DNA of 64,000 nt from Eledone cirrhosa (lineage: Eukaryota): assembly GCA_964016885.1 (NCBI GenBank), contig OZ024742.1, forward strand, positions 99,262,001 through 99,326,000, read 5' to 3'. The translations under genes were made by a program, and so were the position numbers. The notes under the pieces are model-generated. The model was not told where the DNA came from and did no database searches. It saw only the letters and a program-made list of their open reading frames with translations. Positions 42,786 through 57,082 of the stretch are shown here, one piece after another; positions within the stretch are counted from its first letter, which is position 1, and each line of letters starts with the position of its first letter.

Positions 42786-43581
42786 TGGGGTGAGGGAGAG
42801 AGAGGGAGAGAGTGATGGTGAAGAAGAGAGAGTGAGAGAGAGAGTTTGATTGATACATAGATAGATAGATAGATAGATAGTTAGATATATCCCAATCGCT
42901 TCATAATCTACGAAATAAGCAGACATTTATATACCTATAAACCTATTAGATAAAACTTAGTCACTAACATTAATCTGTTCTGCATTCCATTTCTAAAGTA
43001 AAATTAAATCCAAATAAAATTGGTCAATATATAAAATATATTTGAATTCAGAAACTCAGAAAAATAAAGAAATGCACTAACACGTAATATTCTTATGTTG
43101 TTAAACCTATTAACATGTGTTTCGTGGAAAGAGAAGGTAAGCAAAATCCTAGCGATGACTGGTAAAGCTGAATGAGCAGATGAAATAATTTCAAGATTGT
43201 CTCTGTCCCGACAGAAGCACGACTCATAGCTGGATCTCCCATACAAATGACGGATTGTCTTTAACTCAATTATTTCTTCAGTTCCCTCCCCTTCACATTA
43301 AATGTCGCTAACCATATCTGCTAAACATTTGGTTACATTCTGGGTCTAATTTCGTAGCTGTAAACAGTTTGGAGACCTATTAGATAGGTTGTAGATGTAA
43401 TTGAAAGACACAGCTTTACTTCACAATGTCAAACCTTTCTACACGAGAATTACACGTAACACTGGAATACTCACCCACTTACACATTAGTTCAAATAATA
43501 GGATTCTCCATTGACTAAACAGCTGGAACTCTCATCGTCGAAATGCGGAAGATGCACACAGTCACACCCACACACTCATAG

Positions 43582-43646
<65 letters not shown>

Positions 43647-43999
43647 GCATGTGTGTTTTTGTGCATGTGTATATATTAACACACACCCATATATATGTAC
43701 GTATAGTGTTATCATGACATATTTCTGCATTACCAGTGGTTTTATAGAAGTTAAAACGATTATCTCATTCAGATATCTGTAATTAAGTAAAACAAAAACA
43801 AAGAAAAAACTAAAATGAAATATACTATTTGAGTCCATGTTTTAAAAGTTCTGCATCGATTGATTTAGATCTGTTGGGGTTATTGTTCCATTGAACATGT
43901 AACTACCAGATGCAAAGTGCCTTTGGAATGAAATCACCTCTTTTTCTACACCTAAAGAAGTGTACATGCTAGATATATATAAACTTGAACTCGTTAGCT

Positions 44000-45480
44000 G
44001 GTAGGCCTGTATATTTCATCTGAATTCCTTCTGGTGTTATGATTGGAACTCTTTAGAACACAACCATCGTGAAGCAGGATCTACAAAAGAAAGGTTGGCA
44101 GAGATTCAATTGTTACAGATGGGTGTGCGCGCGCTGAGGTTGGTGTGAGTGTGTATTTTGTTTCTATCATATTGGCAATGATGTTATCTAGAGAGTATTG
44201 GCTAACTACAATGATATGTGATATGAAGAGCTTATGACATATGAGCTTATATTTTAGGGACAAGGTCTACATCTATATTGATTGGAACGTCGAACCAAGT
44301 TATATTTCTCCTTCAAATTCATTTTGGGCTGAATGTTCTCCATGTGTACTGTTGTTTTTCTTTATAGTGTCTTAATGGGATGCAGTCTTGTAGAAGATCT
44401 CTCTGGTGGACAATGAGTTAAAGATACGTCTGTTAATCCCATTCACTGCCTTTCTACATGGGTAGGTTGATTTCCTACATATATACATTTTTCTCTCATT
44501 AGGATCTCAGTAGGGATTTAATTTGAAGTCTAGAAATTCGATTTCGCTATGTTAATGGTAACCCTGAGTTTAAAGCTTAACACTTTCAAGAAAATGATTA
44601 GCTCTTCTCTGACGTGGCTGCTCGTCTGACTTAAGATTGCCTGACCATCATTACTATGCATTGCTGAAATATGGGGAGATTAATTTTAGAATGTCAAGGT
44701 TTAATAAACCGATGCGGTCGATGACCCCAGTCTAGGTGTAAGGCCTCTGAGAAGCGTTGAAAAGAGACATCCTTCCCTTTTCAACCAGTATCATTATTTT
44801 GAACAGTAGTAACATTCTGGCATTCAAAATTATTCTAATATCGAAGTCGTTGATCATAGTGAGAACTTGGAACACTAAATGTTCAGGATAACTCCGGCAA
44901 TCTCCAGACTATTTTATTCTCAATAGTGGGAGACCAGTTGATGATGCCGTTACTCCAACTTCATTGGAGTGGGCAAGTTGCCTTTCTGATTTTGGAGTTG
45001 ATGCCATGGAGAAAACGCTTGCTAATTCTGACAAATTCCCACTTGGAGAAGTAAATTAACCGGCAATTAAGATTGGAGTTTGGTTTGTTGAACTTAAGCG
45101 AGAGTTTGTGTGGTTCAGCTGAAGGGGAGTGGTTACCTGCTTCACTTCTGTGTTTATTCAATCGTATACTGGACGTTTCTTTTCTTGTGTATGATATTGG
45201 CCGTGCTAGACAGAAGTGTTATGTGTGGTGAACTCTGTTTCATAAATGTCATTTTTTTTTTTATTTTGTCGACAAAAATGTGTACATTCTGGGATAGTTT
45301 GAGATGTGTAGGATAATTGATTAAAACATTGCCGAAGGCTTACCATTTCAATGAGGTTAACTTCGAAACTCATAAGAGGTGGGTATTTACATAACTTCAA
45401 ACCGTACCAATTAGTAGAGGTTCTAGTGGTTATTTTCTTGAAAAACCAGTCGACCGTGCGCATACACCTGATCAGTCATT
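44000..45480 (-). pseudogene. Ancient, highly degenerate Naiad-type PLE reverse transcriptase
   Basis: YGLKLCKYPPLMSFEVNLIEMV; NKPNSNLNCRLIYFSKWEFVRISKRFLHGINSKIRKAT; DIRIILNARMLLLF; HSNDGQAI (resembling YRDDGL); IEFLDFKLN. Confidence 0.7.
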
Positions 45481-46178
45481 CGTGTTTAGAAATGTATGTG
45501 TATGATATTTTACCGCACACACGCACCCGAACATATATATGTATGTGTATGTGTGTGCGTTTGTAAATGTATACATATATGTGCTTGCGAGTATGTGTAT
45601 AAATACAAATATCAATCCATCCATCCATGCATACATACAGACAGACATCATTAAAATCATACTGTCAAATGTTTAAGAGAAACATGAGATATTCGTGGCA
45701 ACTAGACTGGAGAATACAAATAAATAAAAGAATAGATGACATGGGTAGCGTTTCAAAAGTAAAGTGTATAGAATTCACTGCCTGTCAGAGTTAAGAAGAA
45801 AATAATTGTTTCGAGGTATTTTTCAGAAGTAAGAATTTGGGTGAAGGGCTGAATACAGATCACGTTTCTTTCATTCTTTTTTTTTAAGGCGTTCATAAGC
45901 TGAAACGGAAGAGGAGACACCCCTACGTATTCAATAATAACCATTAAGTGTTTGTTTGTGTGTTTTTAATATATATGTGGATTGTTGACTGGATGAATTT
46001 CTGAAGAAATAATTTATTATCGTAAAGATATTCCACTGAGATTTTGTCGACAGGGGATTTGTTTTTTTTGTTTTTTGTTATAATAAAAATAAATAAAGGT
46101 GAAGTGATATAGCTTTGCATTGAGTTGAAATGTTCCAGCTCCCTAGAAAGATAGGTGGATATATATATATGTTTTTAA

Positions 46179-46750
<572 letters not shown>

Positions 46751-47235
46751 TTAGTACTGCATCATCTGCATGCAGCCAAGCTAACGAATGCAATCTCGGT
46801 GTGCAGCTAAGCACTCACTAGGGTATATTACCCTAGAGTTATAACATTACGTTTAGACAGCTTTGCAAATTGAAGACAGCGACCGATGGACGGGCCGCAG
46901 TGACCAGAGCGACGAAATAAACTGAACTCAGGATAAATATTTGACTAACCTGGACCATCGCGTCGACATCAGACACAACACATGATATATACCATATAAT
47001 ATACATCACATATAATATATAATATCTCCACTAGGTTTCTGTATATAATCGAAATCGTCAAAATCCACTTGCAGGGTCTGCAAGTTAATGGTTTTTTGGA
47101 AGATAGAACAAGGAATTTACTTCGTCAGCAAGTTTTTCGTTCTCGTCCGCCCGGGTTTGAGTGCTAGCAGTAAGCACTGTTAGAAGGCACATGGTTATAT
47201 ATATATAAAGAGAAAGAGAGAGAAAAAGATGGATG

Positions 47236-47990
47236 TATATATTGTTATATTTAGGGATGGTCAGTTTGCCAAAATTCCCAATGGAAAGAATCACAATCAC
47301 CATATAATTTTCAGTTCATCTTTATCTTTATTGTTTGTTATTCATTCGTTGTCAAAGTTATTTCGCCTGTGACCTTCTCAAATACTATCTGTTTTGTGCC
47401 TCCTCTTTTTCCTGGTCTTAAACTTCTACTCCGTCTTGTGTATGTTTTGTGGTGCATTTTTCTTGCGTCTATCTTTTATTATATGTGTAACGGTGGTGGA
47501 TTGGCAGTATCGGTAGAGGGTCTTACGCCATGCTTTGCAGCAAAGGGTTACGACCCTTTATGGTCTGAGTTCAAATCCCACCGAGGTTAACTTTTCCTTT
47601 CATCCTTACGGAGTCGATAAAATAAAGTACCAGTAACACACTGGGATAATTGCTGGCCTTGTACCAAAAGTAGAAACAATTATAAGTGTAACCTCCGTAC
47701 TTTTTCTAAGTGTTGCCTCAGTACCTTGTGTGGATAATATCTTTATTTGCATGTTATCTATTGAGCCCCAGTATTCTAGTTTGGCATGTTGGTATAGCAC
47801 TAATGTGCTTTTCTCCTTGTTAGGTCCTCGCCAGTGTTCCTTTAATTTATCTCGAATAGTATGGGCTGTCTCTCCTATGCAGTGCAAAATCTTGTTTTTG
47901 CATATACTATATACTATATTTCTAGTATTGCAGTTTATCTTACAGACTATGCAGTTTCCATCAGTACACAGGTTCGGTGCTACCATATAG
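47236..47990 (-). mobile_element. PLE family D-related 3' fragment (GIY-YIG, degenerate HHR) interrupted by a SINE
   Basis: CTDGNCIVCKINCNTRNIVYSI...CIGETAHTIRDKLKEHW...LYQHAKLEY. Terminus GGTCACAGGCGAAATAACTTTGAC resembles 58173-58204. Confidence 0.8.
47492..47681 (+). mobile_element. SINE family 1 with target-site duplication
   Basis: Full head, core and tail. Flanked by TTATA(T/A)GTGTAAC at 47479-47491 and 47680-47692. Confidence 0.9.
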
Positions 47991-48217
47991 GCAAACTATG
48001 CAGCCGCCGAGGGCGATGGTTTCATGGGGCTCATTTCTGCAAATCAACAATAATTTTGAAAAATAAATAAATAAAGTTCAGTTTTATTGAGGGTCGCTTT
48101 TCATCCTGGTTTATTTCATACAGGGACAAATAAGCGCGTAGATTCAGTCTGATCAGAACAAGCAAAATGAGTGAGTAAAAATTGCACGTATACGAACGTT
48201 TCAGGAGGTAATTACGC

Positions 48218-48505
48218 TTGCGTGTTTTTATAGGCCACGAGTTTTTTCAACAAAAATATTTAGATAATTTCCCTTATGCTGTTATTGCATTGAGGATCCT
48301 TCTCGCATTTCCAGTATCAGTGACAAATGATGAGAGTAGAGTCTCAAAAATACGCTTCTCAAATATTACATTCACTCTACAATATTGCAAGAGAGACTAG
48401 TTGCCTAGGCAACTATATTAACTTAACTTGCTCAGGCTTCATCACTTGGTTTAGGTGAATTGGTTAAAACCTTGGCCGAAAAAGAGGCACACAAAATGAG
48501 ATTTT
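48218..48505 (+). pseudogene. hAT transposase C-terminal dimerisation domain remnant
   Basis: LDNFPYAVIALRILLAFPVSVTNDESRVSKI resembles the FPN..IALRILLT.PVSVAS.ERSFSKL motif. Confidence 0.7.
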
Positions 48506-49544
48506 GAATTGTCTTTCTCTCTGCATTTATCCCTCAGCCAAATTTGGTTTCAAGTGTATTAGCAGAGGTGGTTGAATCCTTTCTCAATTTGGAGGGGGGG
48601 GGGCAAGATTTGGGCAATTTAGTTGTAGTTTAGCTCTTTGACCTCTAAAATAGTCAGAAAACTTCGATATACGATAAATATAACATGTACATAAATTGTA
48701 GCGCATATCCAAATTGATGTGTGTTTTGGTAGTTTGGAGAGAAAATAAAATTATAGGAGGAGGACATGAAAGTTCCACGGACACTGTATATGTATAATTT
48801 TAAAAATTACGCTTCATACCCTTCCCTAAGAGGTTAATATATGGAGCTTCTTCGCATTTGGTAAGAAACTGGTATTATACCCAATTTTTTCATCTCTCAT
48901 ATATATATATATATATATATAATAAGTTGACGGAACTAGCATGGGTTTCACTGCTAGGACCGGTTGCATCTCAGCGCACTCAATAAGTAATATATATATA
49001 TATATACATTCATTTTCTATGGCTATTAGTGAGCTTTGTTACTCTACAGTTTCACCTACGCACTCACAGGATCACCTCTCTTCTCTGGTGAGTACGCAGG
49101 TAGACTCCAGAAAACAAGGCTTAGCCATAATAAATGAATATTTAAACTCTACTTCGCTATTGAGATTTCATACATACGTCCGTCAATAATACAGGTACTC
49201 TCAGATCTTAAATAATCTTCCCCACCCACCTTATTAATTTTCCCATGTTTTACACCCCCAACCCACTTATTAATTTTTGCTAATCTATCTACGGCGAAAT
49301 TGTGTTGTAAGTGATTCATATTGATACAGCAGCTGGAGAATCTAGTAATTTTATTTTACATTAAAAAGACATTATATATGACAAAACGAGAACATTACAA
49401 GAAAACCCATATCTAACAACTTACACTATACAATTACTAACTAACTAAGCCCCCCCCCCATTATTGCCACGTTATTGCCAACCCATATATATTTGGGACC
49501 CGGGAGGGCCACAAAAGTCTCCTCTTCTCTATGTCTATCACACA

Positions 49545-50210
49545 AACTCTCTCCATTACCACTCTCTATATTAATTAACACCAATCTCTCACCCTCTCTA
49601 TATCTACTACAGGGAAAGCTCTTCCAATACTCTTTTCTATCTCAATTAACACCAAATTGTCCCTCTCTATATATCTACTACACGGAACTCTCTTTCAATA
49701 TCCTCTGTATATCAATTAACACCAAGCTCTCCCCCTCTCTATATCTACTACACGGAATTCTCTCCCAACCCACTGTCTATATTAATTATCACCAAACTAT
49801 TCCCCTCTCTATATCCAATATGCAACACTGTCTTCCAATCCCCTCTCTATATTAATTATCACCAAACTATCCCCCTCTCTATATCTACAATAAAACATTC
49901 TCTTTCGTTCCCTCTCACTCTATCCATCACTAGCAACCTCTCTCCCTCTCTATCAATCCTCTCACTCTATTCATTACCACCAAACTATCACCCTCTCTAC
50001 TGCAAACATACAACACACTCGCCCAATTACCCCTTAATATCAATTAACACCAAACTCCCCCTCTCTCTCTATATTTACTACATAGAATGCTCTACCAACC
50101 CCCTCTCTATATCAATTAGCACCAAGATTTATCCCTCTCTATATCTACTACACGGAATACTCTTCTAATACCCCTCTCTTTTTCAATTAACACCAAATTC
50201 TCCCCCTCAT
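49545..50210. repeat. ~70-bp minisatellite, about 9 degenerate units
   Basis: AATTAACACCAA...CCCTCTCTATATCTACTACACGGAA recurs at ~49572, 49642, 49712, 49781, 49851 and onward. Confidence 0.9.
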
Positions 50211-50494
50211 AATATATGTTACTTGAAGAAAATGACATGCAATATGCTTGCACCCGTAATCTAATAATTGCAAAGCAGGCTTCTTAAACATTCGGTCATG
50301 TTGCATTTACATAGGCGAGTAATAAGACGTATGACGGCTAATTCCCGAAATTGTTGCAAATATATCTTCAGAAGCTATGGTTGTATATCCATGTGGTAGT
50401 TAAGTGGTTGTTTTTCTATTTAAGATTCTCATTGTGATGGTAATTTAAAATGTAAACTTTTGTGTATAATATAATCTGTTTGGCTGTCTGGGAC

Positions 50495-50606
50495 GTGAAG
50501 TCGCAAGGCTTAGTTGTTAGAGCATTTGGCTTGCAATCGGGAGGTTGTGAACTCAATTCTCGGACCGAGTAGAGAATTATCTCCTTGAGCAAGATATTTT
50601 ATTCAC
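50495..50606 (+). mobile_element. SINE family 2, 5' part
   Basis: GTGAAGTCGCAAGGCTTAGTTGTTAGAG...CCTTGAGCAAGATATTTTATTCAC. Confidence 0.7.
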
Positions 50607-51246
50607 CGAACATTTATTATAATGCTCGGTTTGTTTGTAAACAAACATCCCGAATTAAGCCGTACAGTGTTTAGCAACCATCGTTGCCCTTTTGTTCAAC
50701 ACTGATAAAGGAACGATGTACTAGTTTATTACGTCTGTATACATATATGTATGTACGTATACATACTTATATTTAAGTAACAGCCGTACTAAGACTGAGA
50801 AATGAAATTTCGTTTCTTTTTTTCCATTTATCGTTTTCGGTGAGCCCGGCCGATTAACTCACTCGATATGCAAATTAGGCTGCTCAACTGTTAATATGCA
50901 TAAGGAAAGTATATACTTTCAGACGTTCAATCATCTGGCAGGAAGGTATACGGTGGCAAGCTTGAAACTAGTACATCGTTCCTTTGTCAGTGTTGAACAA
51001 AAGGGCAACGATGGTTGCTAAACACTGTACGACTTAATTCGGTATGTTTGTTTACAAACAAACGGAGCATTATAATAAATGTTCGGTGAATCTATACGTA
51101 CATATATATATATGTGTGCTTGTATGTATATATATATACATACTATTGTACGTCTGTATACATATATGTATGTACGTATACATACTTATATTTAAGTAAC
51201 AGCCGTACTAAGAGTGAGAAATGAAATTTCGTTTCATTTTTTCCAT

Positions 51247-51248
<2 letters not shown>
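50603..51248 (+). mobile_element. Second copy of the ~415-420-nt HHR unit with a ~120-bp 5' inversion; HHR 5' box deleted
   Basis: 50603-50727 is the reverse complement of 50965-51090, and 50730-50828 is repeated at 51150-51247. AAGCTTGAAACTAGTACATCGT is retained. Confidence 0.88.
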
Positions 51249-51319
<71 letters not shown>

Positions 51320-51726
51320 CACACATAGATATTTGACACTAGGTTTATACATAATTGGAATAGGAAGTAAGAAGGGGAAGATTGAACGACGACCAGGATA
51401 ATATTAAAAGAAAAAAAATAGACTCTATCAAAAGTGGATGATGATGGCTAAATTTGAAGACCAATGACGTATCTTTTTGTGATGAGCTTCTAACGTGTAT
51501 TTCAGGAAAATGAACAATATCAGATTTCAAAATCGGATATCCACATTAAACCGTGGCGTGGGTTTATTAGGTTGGTAACTGTCAGATAGACTCAAAGGCG
51601 CTTTTACACATCCACTCACTCAAGTATATATATATATGTGTGTGTGTCTGATGTAATCAGATGTTGCGTACAAAACCATAAATATTACTCTATCCACGTG
51701 GGTATGTATGAATGAAAATGGCAACG

Positions 51727-51773
<47 letters not shown>

Positions 51774-51810
51774 GTCTATCTATCCATCTATCTCTTTTCC
51801 TCTCTCTTTC

Positions 51811-51917
<107 letters not shown>

Positions 51918-51929
51918 GTATTTATATAT

Positions 51930-52282
51930 ATGAATGTATGTATAGTATATTTGGCAATATACCGTATGTTTAATTAAAAACATTTAGAAGACCATACGCT
52001 ATCGGTTTTAAAGTAGTCACTATGTCACTTACTTCTTTTCGGCGAAAGAACAGAGAGAAGCTAAAAGTCTGTTTCGCGCTGTTTGGCGATCATCAGAGCT
52101 ACGCAGTCCCTGCTTCCACCGAAAATTATAGAAGCTGGATTCTTATAGAATTCCAGTAATAATCAGGAGCTGATTATACAGAGTGATTGCCGGTCCAGCA
52201 AAAATTAGGTAATAGGATTGGTGCTCTGAAATAGCGATGTATACATGAATGTATGTATAGTATATTTGGCAATATACCGTAT
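51930..52282 (-). mobile_element. Non-coding 315-nt HHR unit with a 38-bp terminal direct repeat
   Basis: ATGAATGTATGTATAGTATATTTGGCAATATACCGTAT at 51930 and 52245. Confidence 0.8.
52059..52100 (-). ncRNA. Minimal hammerhead, one stem III mismatch
   Basis: AGCT CTGATGA t-CGC-CAAACA-GCG-c GAAA CAGACTT TT AGCT. Confidence 0.7.
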
Positions 52283-52821
52283 AACAACAAAAAGCCGGAC
52301 GAGAAACTTGATAATTCAAATTCCGCGTAAACAACATACATCTTTCAATGGTCCAGCTTCATCATCTGAAATTATGCAAGACGCAGGAGATTTCATCAGG
52401 TGTTATTGCAGCATTAGTTATATAAGAAATAGAGATTTCGCGGAATTAAAATTAAAATGTTACCAATTCGTTCATAAGTTGTTGATTTTAATAAGAATAT
52501 TTCACTCCGTTCCAGCACCAACCGTTGGATACCACAGCAACGATGGATGATCTGTATAGCGTCGAGTGCTTTAATTTATTGCTTCATTATGTACTACTGG
52601 AATCACAAGTTCCATGTATCTGAAAACAACGTAAGATAAATGATGTATATATACATACAATTTATACCAATAAAATACCAATACATAAAATACCAGGTGG
52701 ACCATAACACATCAGATTACTCGATCCTTGGTGTTATAGAGTGAGTAACAGGAAAAGTTCAGGAGCGTTTCGACAGCTAGATCCGAACTCGGTGCTCAAC
52801 CGTCTGCGTTCTGAATCTTTT

Positions 52822-52933
<112 letters not shown>

Positions 52934-52959
52934 GATAGATAGATATATACATATGTATA

Positions 52960-53042
<83 letters not shown>

Positions 53043-53043
53043 A

Positions 53044-53109
<66 letters not shown>

Positions 53110-53359
53110 ATTATATATACTTATGAAGTTAATTCATAACATTCAGTGTAACAGTTATAAGTTCCTCTTATATATAAGCCCAACGGACTGTCGAATGTAT
53201 AAATAAGTTATGTATATTAATACAGAAAAAAGACGCAATTACTCAATACTTCTTATATTCGGTTTCTAGTTTTACAACATAAAACAAGATTCATTCTGTA
53301 AAACTATTGACAGAATAATCAATTTATACAAATACTCTCCGCCTCTCTCTCTCTCTCTC

Positions 53360-53414
<55 letters not shown>

Positions 53415-54236
53415 AAATATAATGCGCCGGGTGTATGTATCTGTATATGGGTGGGCGTTTATATATGTATGTGTGTATTTGTGTGAACATAACTATAGTG
53501 TAAGCCTCTTGTTATTACCATGGATAGTGAAAGCTGTCGACTGGCAGTATCGACAGAGTGCCGGACAACATGCTTTGCAATATACCGTAGAGTTACCTTC
53601 CTTTACGTTCTGGGTTCAAATCCCACTTTTCATCATTTCGGCGTCAATAAATAAAGCACGAGAAATGTAATGGATGCGATTTAATCGACTTTCCCTTTAC
53701 CCCAAATATTTTGGCCTTTGTCGAAACTAGAAATAACTATTATCATGGATAATGCTTCAAACGTTTATTTAATATTAAAATACGTTGGCTGCAATACACC
53801 GAGTTTTGTTATATCATCTGCTGAAATTTATCACCCGGTTATAATGATAGCAAAGGTTCTTCCCTATAGTGATCCCTATCCCTTCCACCCTCTATTTTGG
53901 GTTATATAGCTCACACTGTAGGTCATTTATCCAGTGTCAGCAGGAGATCACGACGACGATCACATCCTCCACTCATAACACGGCAGCTGATTGACTGAGT
54001 CGCTAGAACGTCGTATTAATGTCTTGCTTATTTATCGCAACACTCGACATTCTGCGCTCAAATCCCGCTGAAGTGTACCTCGCTTTTTATCCTTCCGTGT
54101 TGAATAAATAATTCGCCTTTTCATATCGGTGTATTGGCATAATCAACAGATCATCTAACTAAAAGTTTAGCTGCATTTTTTCTGGTACTGTGAGTAATTT
54201 GGCTTATAGTCATTGCTGTAATATATATATATATAT

Positions 54237-55942
54237 AGTGGTCGAACACTGGAAGGTAATATCCGTAGTGGTAGAGCACTCAGTCCAAGGGACGAGTTAG
54301 GTAGAAGTGGTTACACAACAGTTAGTTGACCATACCGAGAACAATTGTTTCACCTTAGCTGATCTTCAGCTCGGAATAGGCATGATTATAGGAACAGGAA
54401 GGACAACCGTACTAATGCGCATGCGTAGAAACCCGGTCACCTCGCACAGGCAATACTAGACTGCGTGCAAGAGGTGAAATGGAAATAACTGCGAAAGTCC
54501 GAAACATTTTTAGGTTGAAATAAAATTACAAAGAATCAGTTCGGAGCCTTGTATTTATGCAATAGTTGTTTGGCGACGTGTGGACAACGTGTGAAAAATT
54601 CAATTCTCGTGTTTAGGCAATCACTATTGCGTAATCGCTTTAGAATAGTTATTCGTTCGTCAATACATAAGCCACACGTCGGATTTCCCCTTGCGTATGG
54701 CTTGGACTTAGTGATGGTTTCCATTGAATGGAGTAGTCTATAGTTGAGTCCTTGAGGGACCATACGTGGCTCGCGAGTTTCGTGGATGAACGTCTGTCCG
54801 GGTATCTGAAGGTAGACAGGTGGTGCAGGAAACGTTCCTTGAATAGGCCCTCCGCCATGCCCACATAGGATTTGACCTCCTGTGGTTCGTTTGGACGGAT
54901 TGGAAGTGACCACAGCTTCATAGATTACAGCTGGTGTGTTGCATTGCTGTTGAAGGAGGCAAGCTTCAGGCTTACGGCAAGAACACCATGGTGGGGTGTT
55001 GCTCCTAGGGCTGCTGGTGATGTGGGCCTTCATGTTCTTAGCGCAGGAGTAGCCTAGTTTAACTTTGTGTCGGTTAAAGATGGAGCGGTATTCATGACAT
55101 ATGGGGAAGTGTCTATCTAAGAGGACTAGAAATTGTTTTCCTACATTGGTTTTAACGTTGAGTGAGAAGGGAGGAGAGAACCAGATAGTTTGTCTATTGT
55201 TGCACTTACTTTTCTTAATGGTGTTGTTTCTAGTGGGAGAGTAAATGATAGGTTGTGAGAAGCCGCTGTTAGCCAACGCCCTATTATAGTAGGGTGCCGC
55301 CCTGTCAAAGATAGCCTTATTAGAGGAGAGGTTTGAAATTCTAGCACTGATATTCTTAACGAAGTTTCTAAAAACAGTGGGAGTGTGGCATGAGTACTTG
55401 TAAATGTAATTAAGTTTCTCGTTTAGCTTATGAAAGGGCCTGTGGGTGTGTGTGCGAAGGTCTAAATTAATGTCTAAGAAATCTAAGCTAGAGAGGTTGG
55501 TGGCTACTGTAATCCTACGACCTAACTCATTGAAGGTAGAAGCTAAGTCTTTTTTAAACCGGTCGAGGTCGTGACCACTTTTATGGCTCGATAAAGTCAG
55601 TCCATCGTCACGGTATATTCCCGTGTGGAAGTCCGGGAATCTAACACGTAATATGTTTAAGATAAAAATGCCAACCAAGTCACATACGTCAGCACTGTCA
55701 AACGATCCCATGGAGACGTCGAACAGGTCTGAAGATGAGGACTTCTTTGCCCAGGCTACTCCGTCGTTGAAGGGGAGGGTTTTCCGGGAGTGAGCGTTGA
55801 TTTACCTGTCTAAATCATCGACGGTGGTATAAGTGGTACAGAATTCCAACGCTTTGTTTAACAGGGTCTCTTAGATCGACGGGTAAAAATCGACAATGTC
55901 AAACTGTGTGAACTTCGCTTTTTGGGATTTTGAGGAGTTAAA

Positions 55943-55945
<3 letters not shown>
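54237..55945 (-). mobile_element. 5'-truncated Naiad-type Penelope-like element (family B): RT, thumb, Zn knuckle, GIY-YIG, 3' UTR with HHR
   Basis: FTQFDIVDFYPSI; FDVSMGSFDSADVCDLVG; GIYRDDGL; LDFLDINLDL; IWFSPPFSLNVKTNVGKQFL; CSCRKPEACLL; YVGMAEGLFKER; CGLC...CPH. Contains stops and frameshifts; (TA)n on both sides. Confidence 0.95.
54335..54374 (-). ncRNA. Minimal hammerhead at the Naiad B 3' end
   Basis: CCGAG CTGAAGA TCAGCTAAGGT GAAA CAATTG TT CTCGG; palindromic stem III. Confidence 0.85.
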
Positions 55946-56011
<66 letters not shown>

Positions 56012-56078
56012 GAGAGAGTCAGGGTTATATATATACCGAGCCCCCTTCGGGTTTTAGACTCCACATCTACATATATTA

Positions 56079-56200
56079 TCTGAGTTCATATCCCGCCAAG
56101 GTTAACTTTGCCTTTTATCCTTACGGGGTCGATAAAATAAAGTACTAGTAACACACTGGGATAATTGCTGGCCTTGTGCTAAAAAGTAGAAACAATTATT
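56079..56200 (+). mobile_element. SINE family 1, 5'-truncated
   Basis: B box, core and tail present. Confidence 0.85.
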
Positions 56201-56231
56201 ACTATATATATATATTTATGTCAGTTTGCTC

Positions 56232-56680
56232 TCGCGTGCTACTGGCAACATATAACCCAGTACAACCTCGGGTCATCGGCGACTAAACCGGCAACAACAC
56301 CAAGCTTGCTTGGTGAGGAGGGTGATATTTGGACACCCTGCCGTATGAAATACAAGACCTAACAAAGGGCGGAGGAACTCAACAGAGTCAACGGCCATCC
56401 AAATAGTACTTTTTTTTTTTTACCAGAGAATGAAAGGGCCCCAGTTGTTGTCACAACGCATTTCTAGGACAGGGAAACTCTGAAAAAAGAAAAATGCGGC
56501 TTCGTACACATCCGATGATGTTGACCAGTTCTCTTTTCGGGTAGTGTTTCCGATGCTCAGAGAGTGGGATTGGTCGAGTGTAAGGCCCACTTTAAAAAAA
56601 ACCTTCAAAGCACAGGCATTGTTTGTCAGGATATGTTACAGGTTTGTCTGATTGGCCGTAGCCTAAAAGTGCACCAAACT
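56232..56680 (+). mobile_element. RTE-like 5' UTR fragment related to 34311-34915
   Basis: GTGCTACTGG.AACAT...CCCAGTACAACCT...GGCGACTAAAC...TTGGTGAGGAGGGTGA...GGCCATCCAAA shared with the other copy. Confidence 0.65.
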
Positions 56681-56948
56681 CTATAATCTAACAAACGATT
56701 GCAGTAATCTTAGCAGAGTATATATATACATATCGAAGAACCCTTCTGTCACGAATGATGAAGAGATTTGCACGTAGAAAGTTTCCCGCCGAGGCACGAG
56801 TCTAGGCAAGTCTTTTTTCAGAAAAACCAACAGTCGGCCATGCATACAATCCTCCCCTCTCCACGCCATCGATGATGTCCAAGGAGAAGGCTACGGCCGA
56901 TACATATATATATATATTTATACATACATATATATATATGTATATATA

Positions 56949-57000
<52 letters not shown>

Positions 57001-57082
57001 TAAACAAATAATGAACAAACAATTCCTTATATTAAACAAAAAAAGTTCACTATTTAACGATCGTTTCTAGGGTATATATGTG

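Noticed and set aside
48925-49090. Further HHR-like fragments (also ~3320-3360, 5230-5280, 27360-27380)
   Set aside because: Only one core box or no stem I; indistinguishable from chance without a family consensus.
54536-55711. Selenocysteine recoding and SECIS, as described for some Naiad PLEs
   Set aside because: The conserved Cys positions use Cys codons, the in-frame stops upstream are TAA, and I saw no convincing SECIS here or in the family A UTR tandem.
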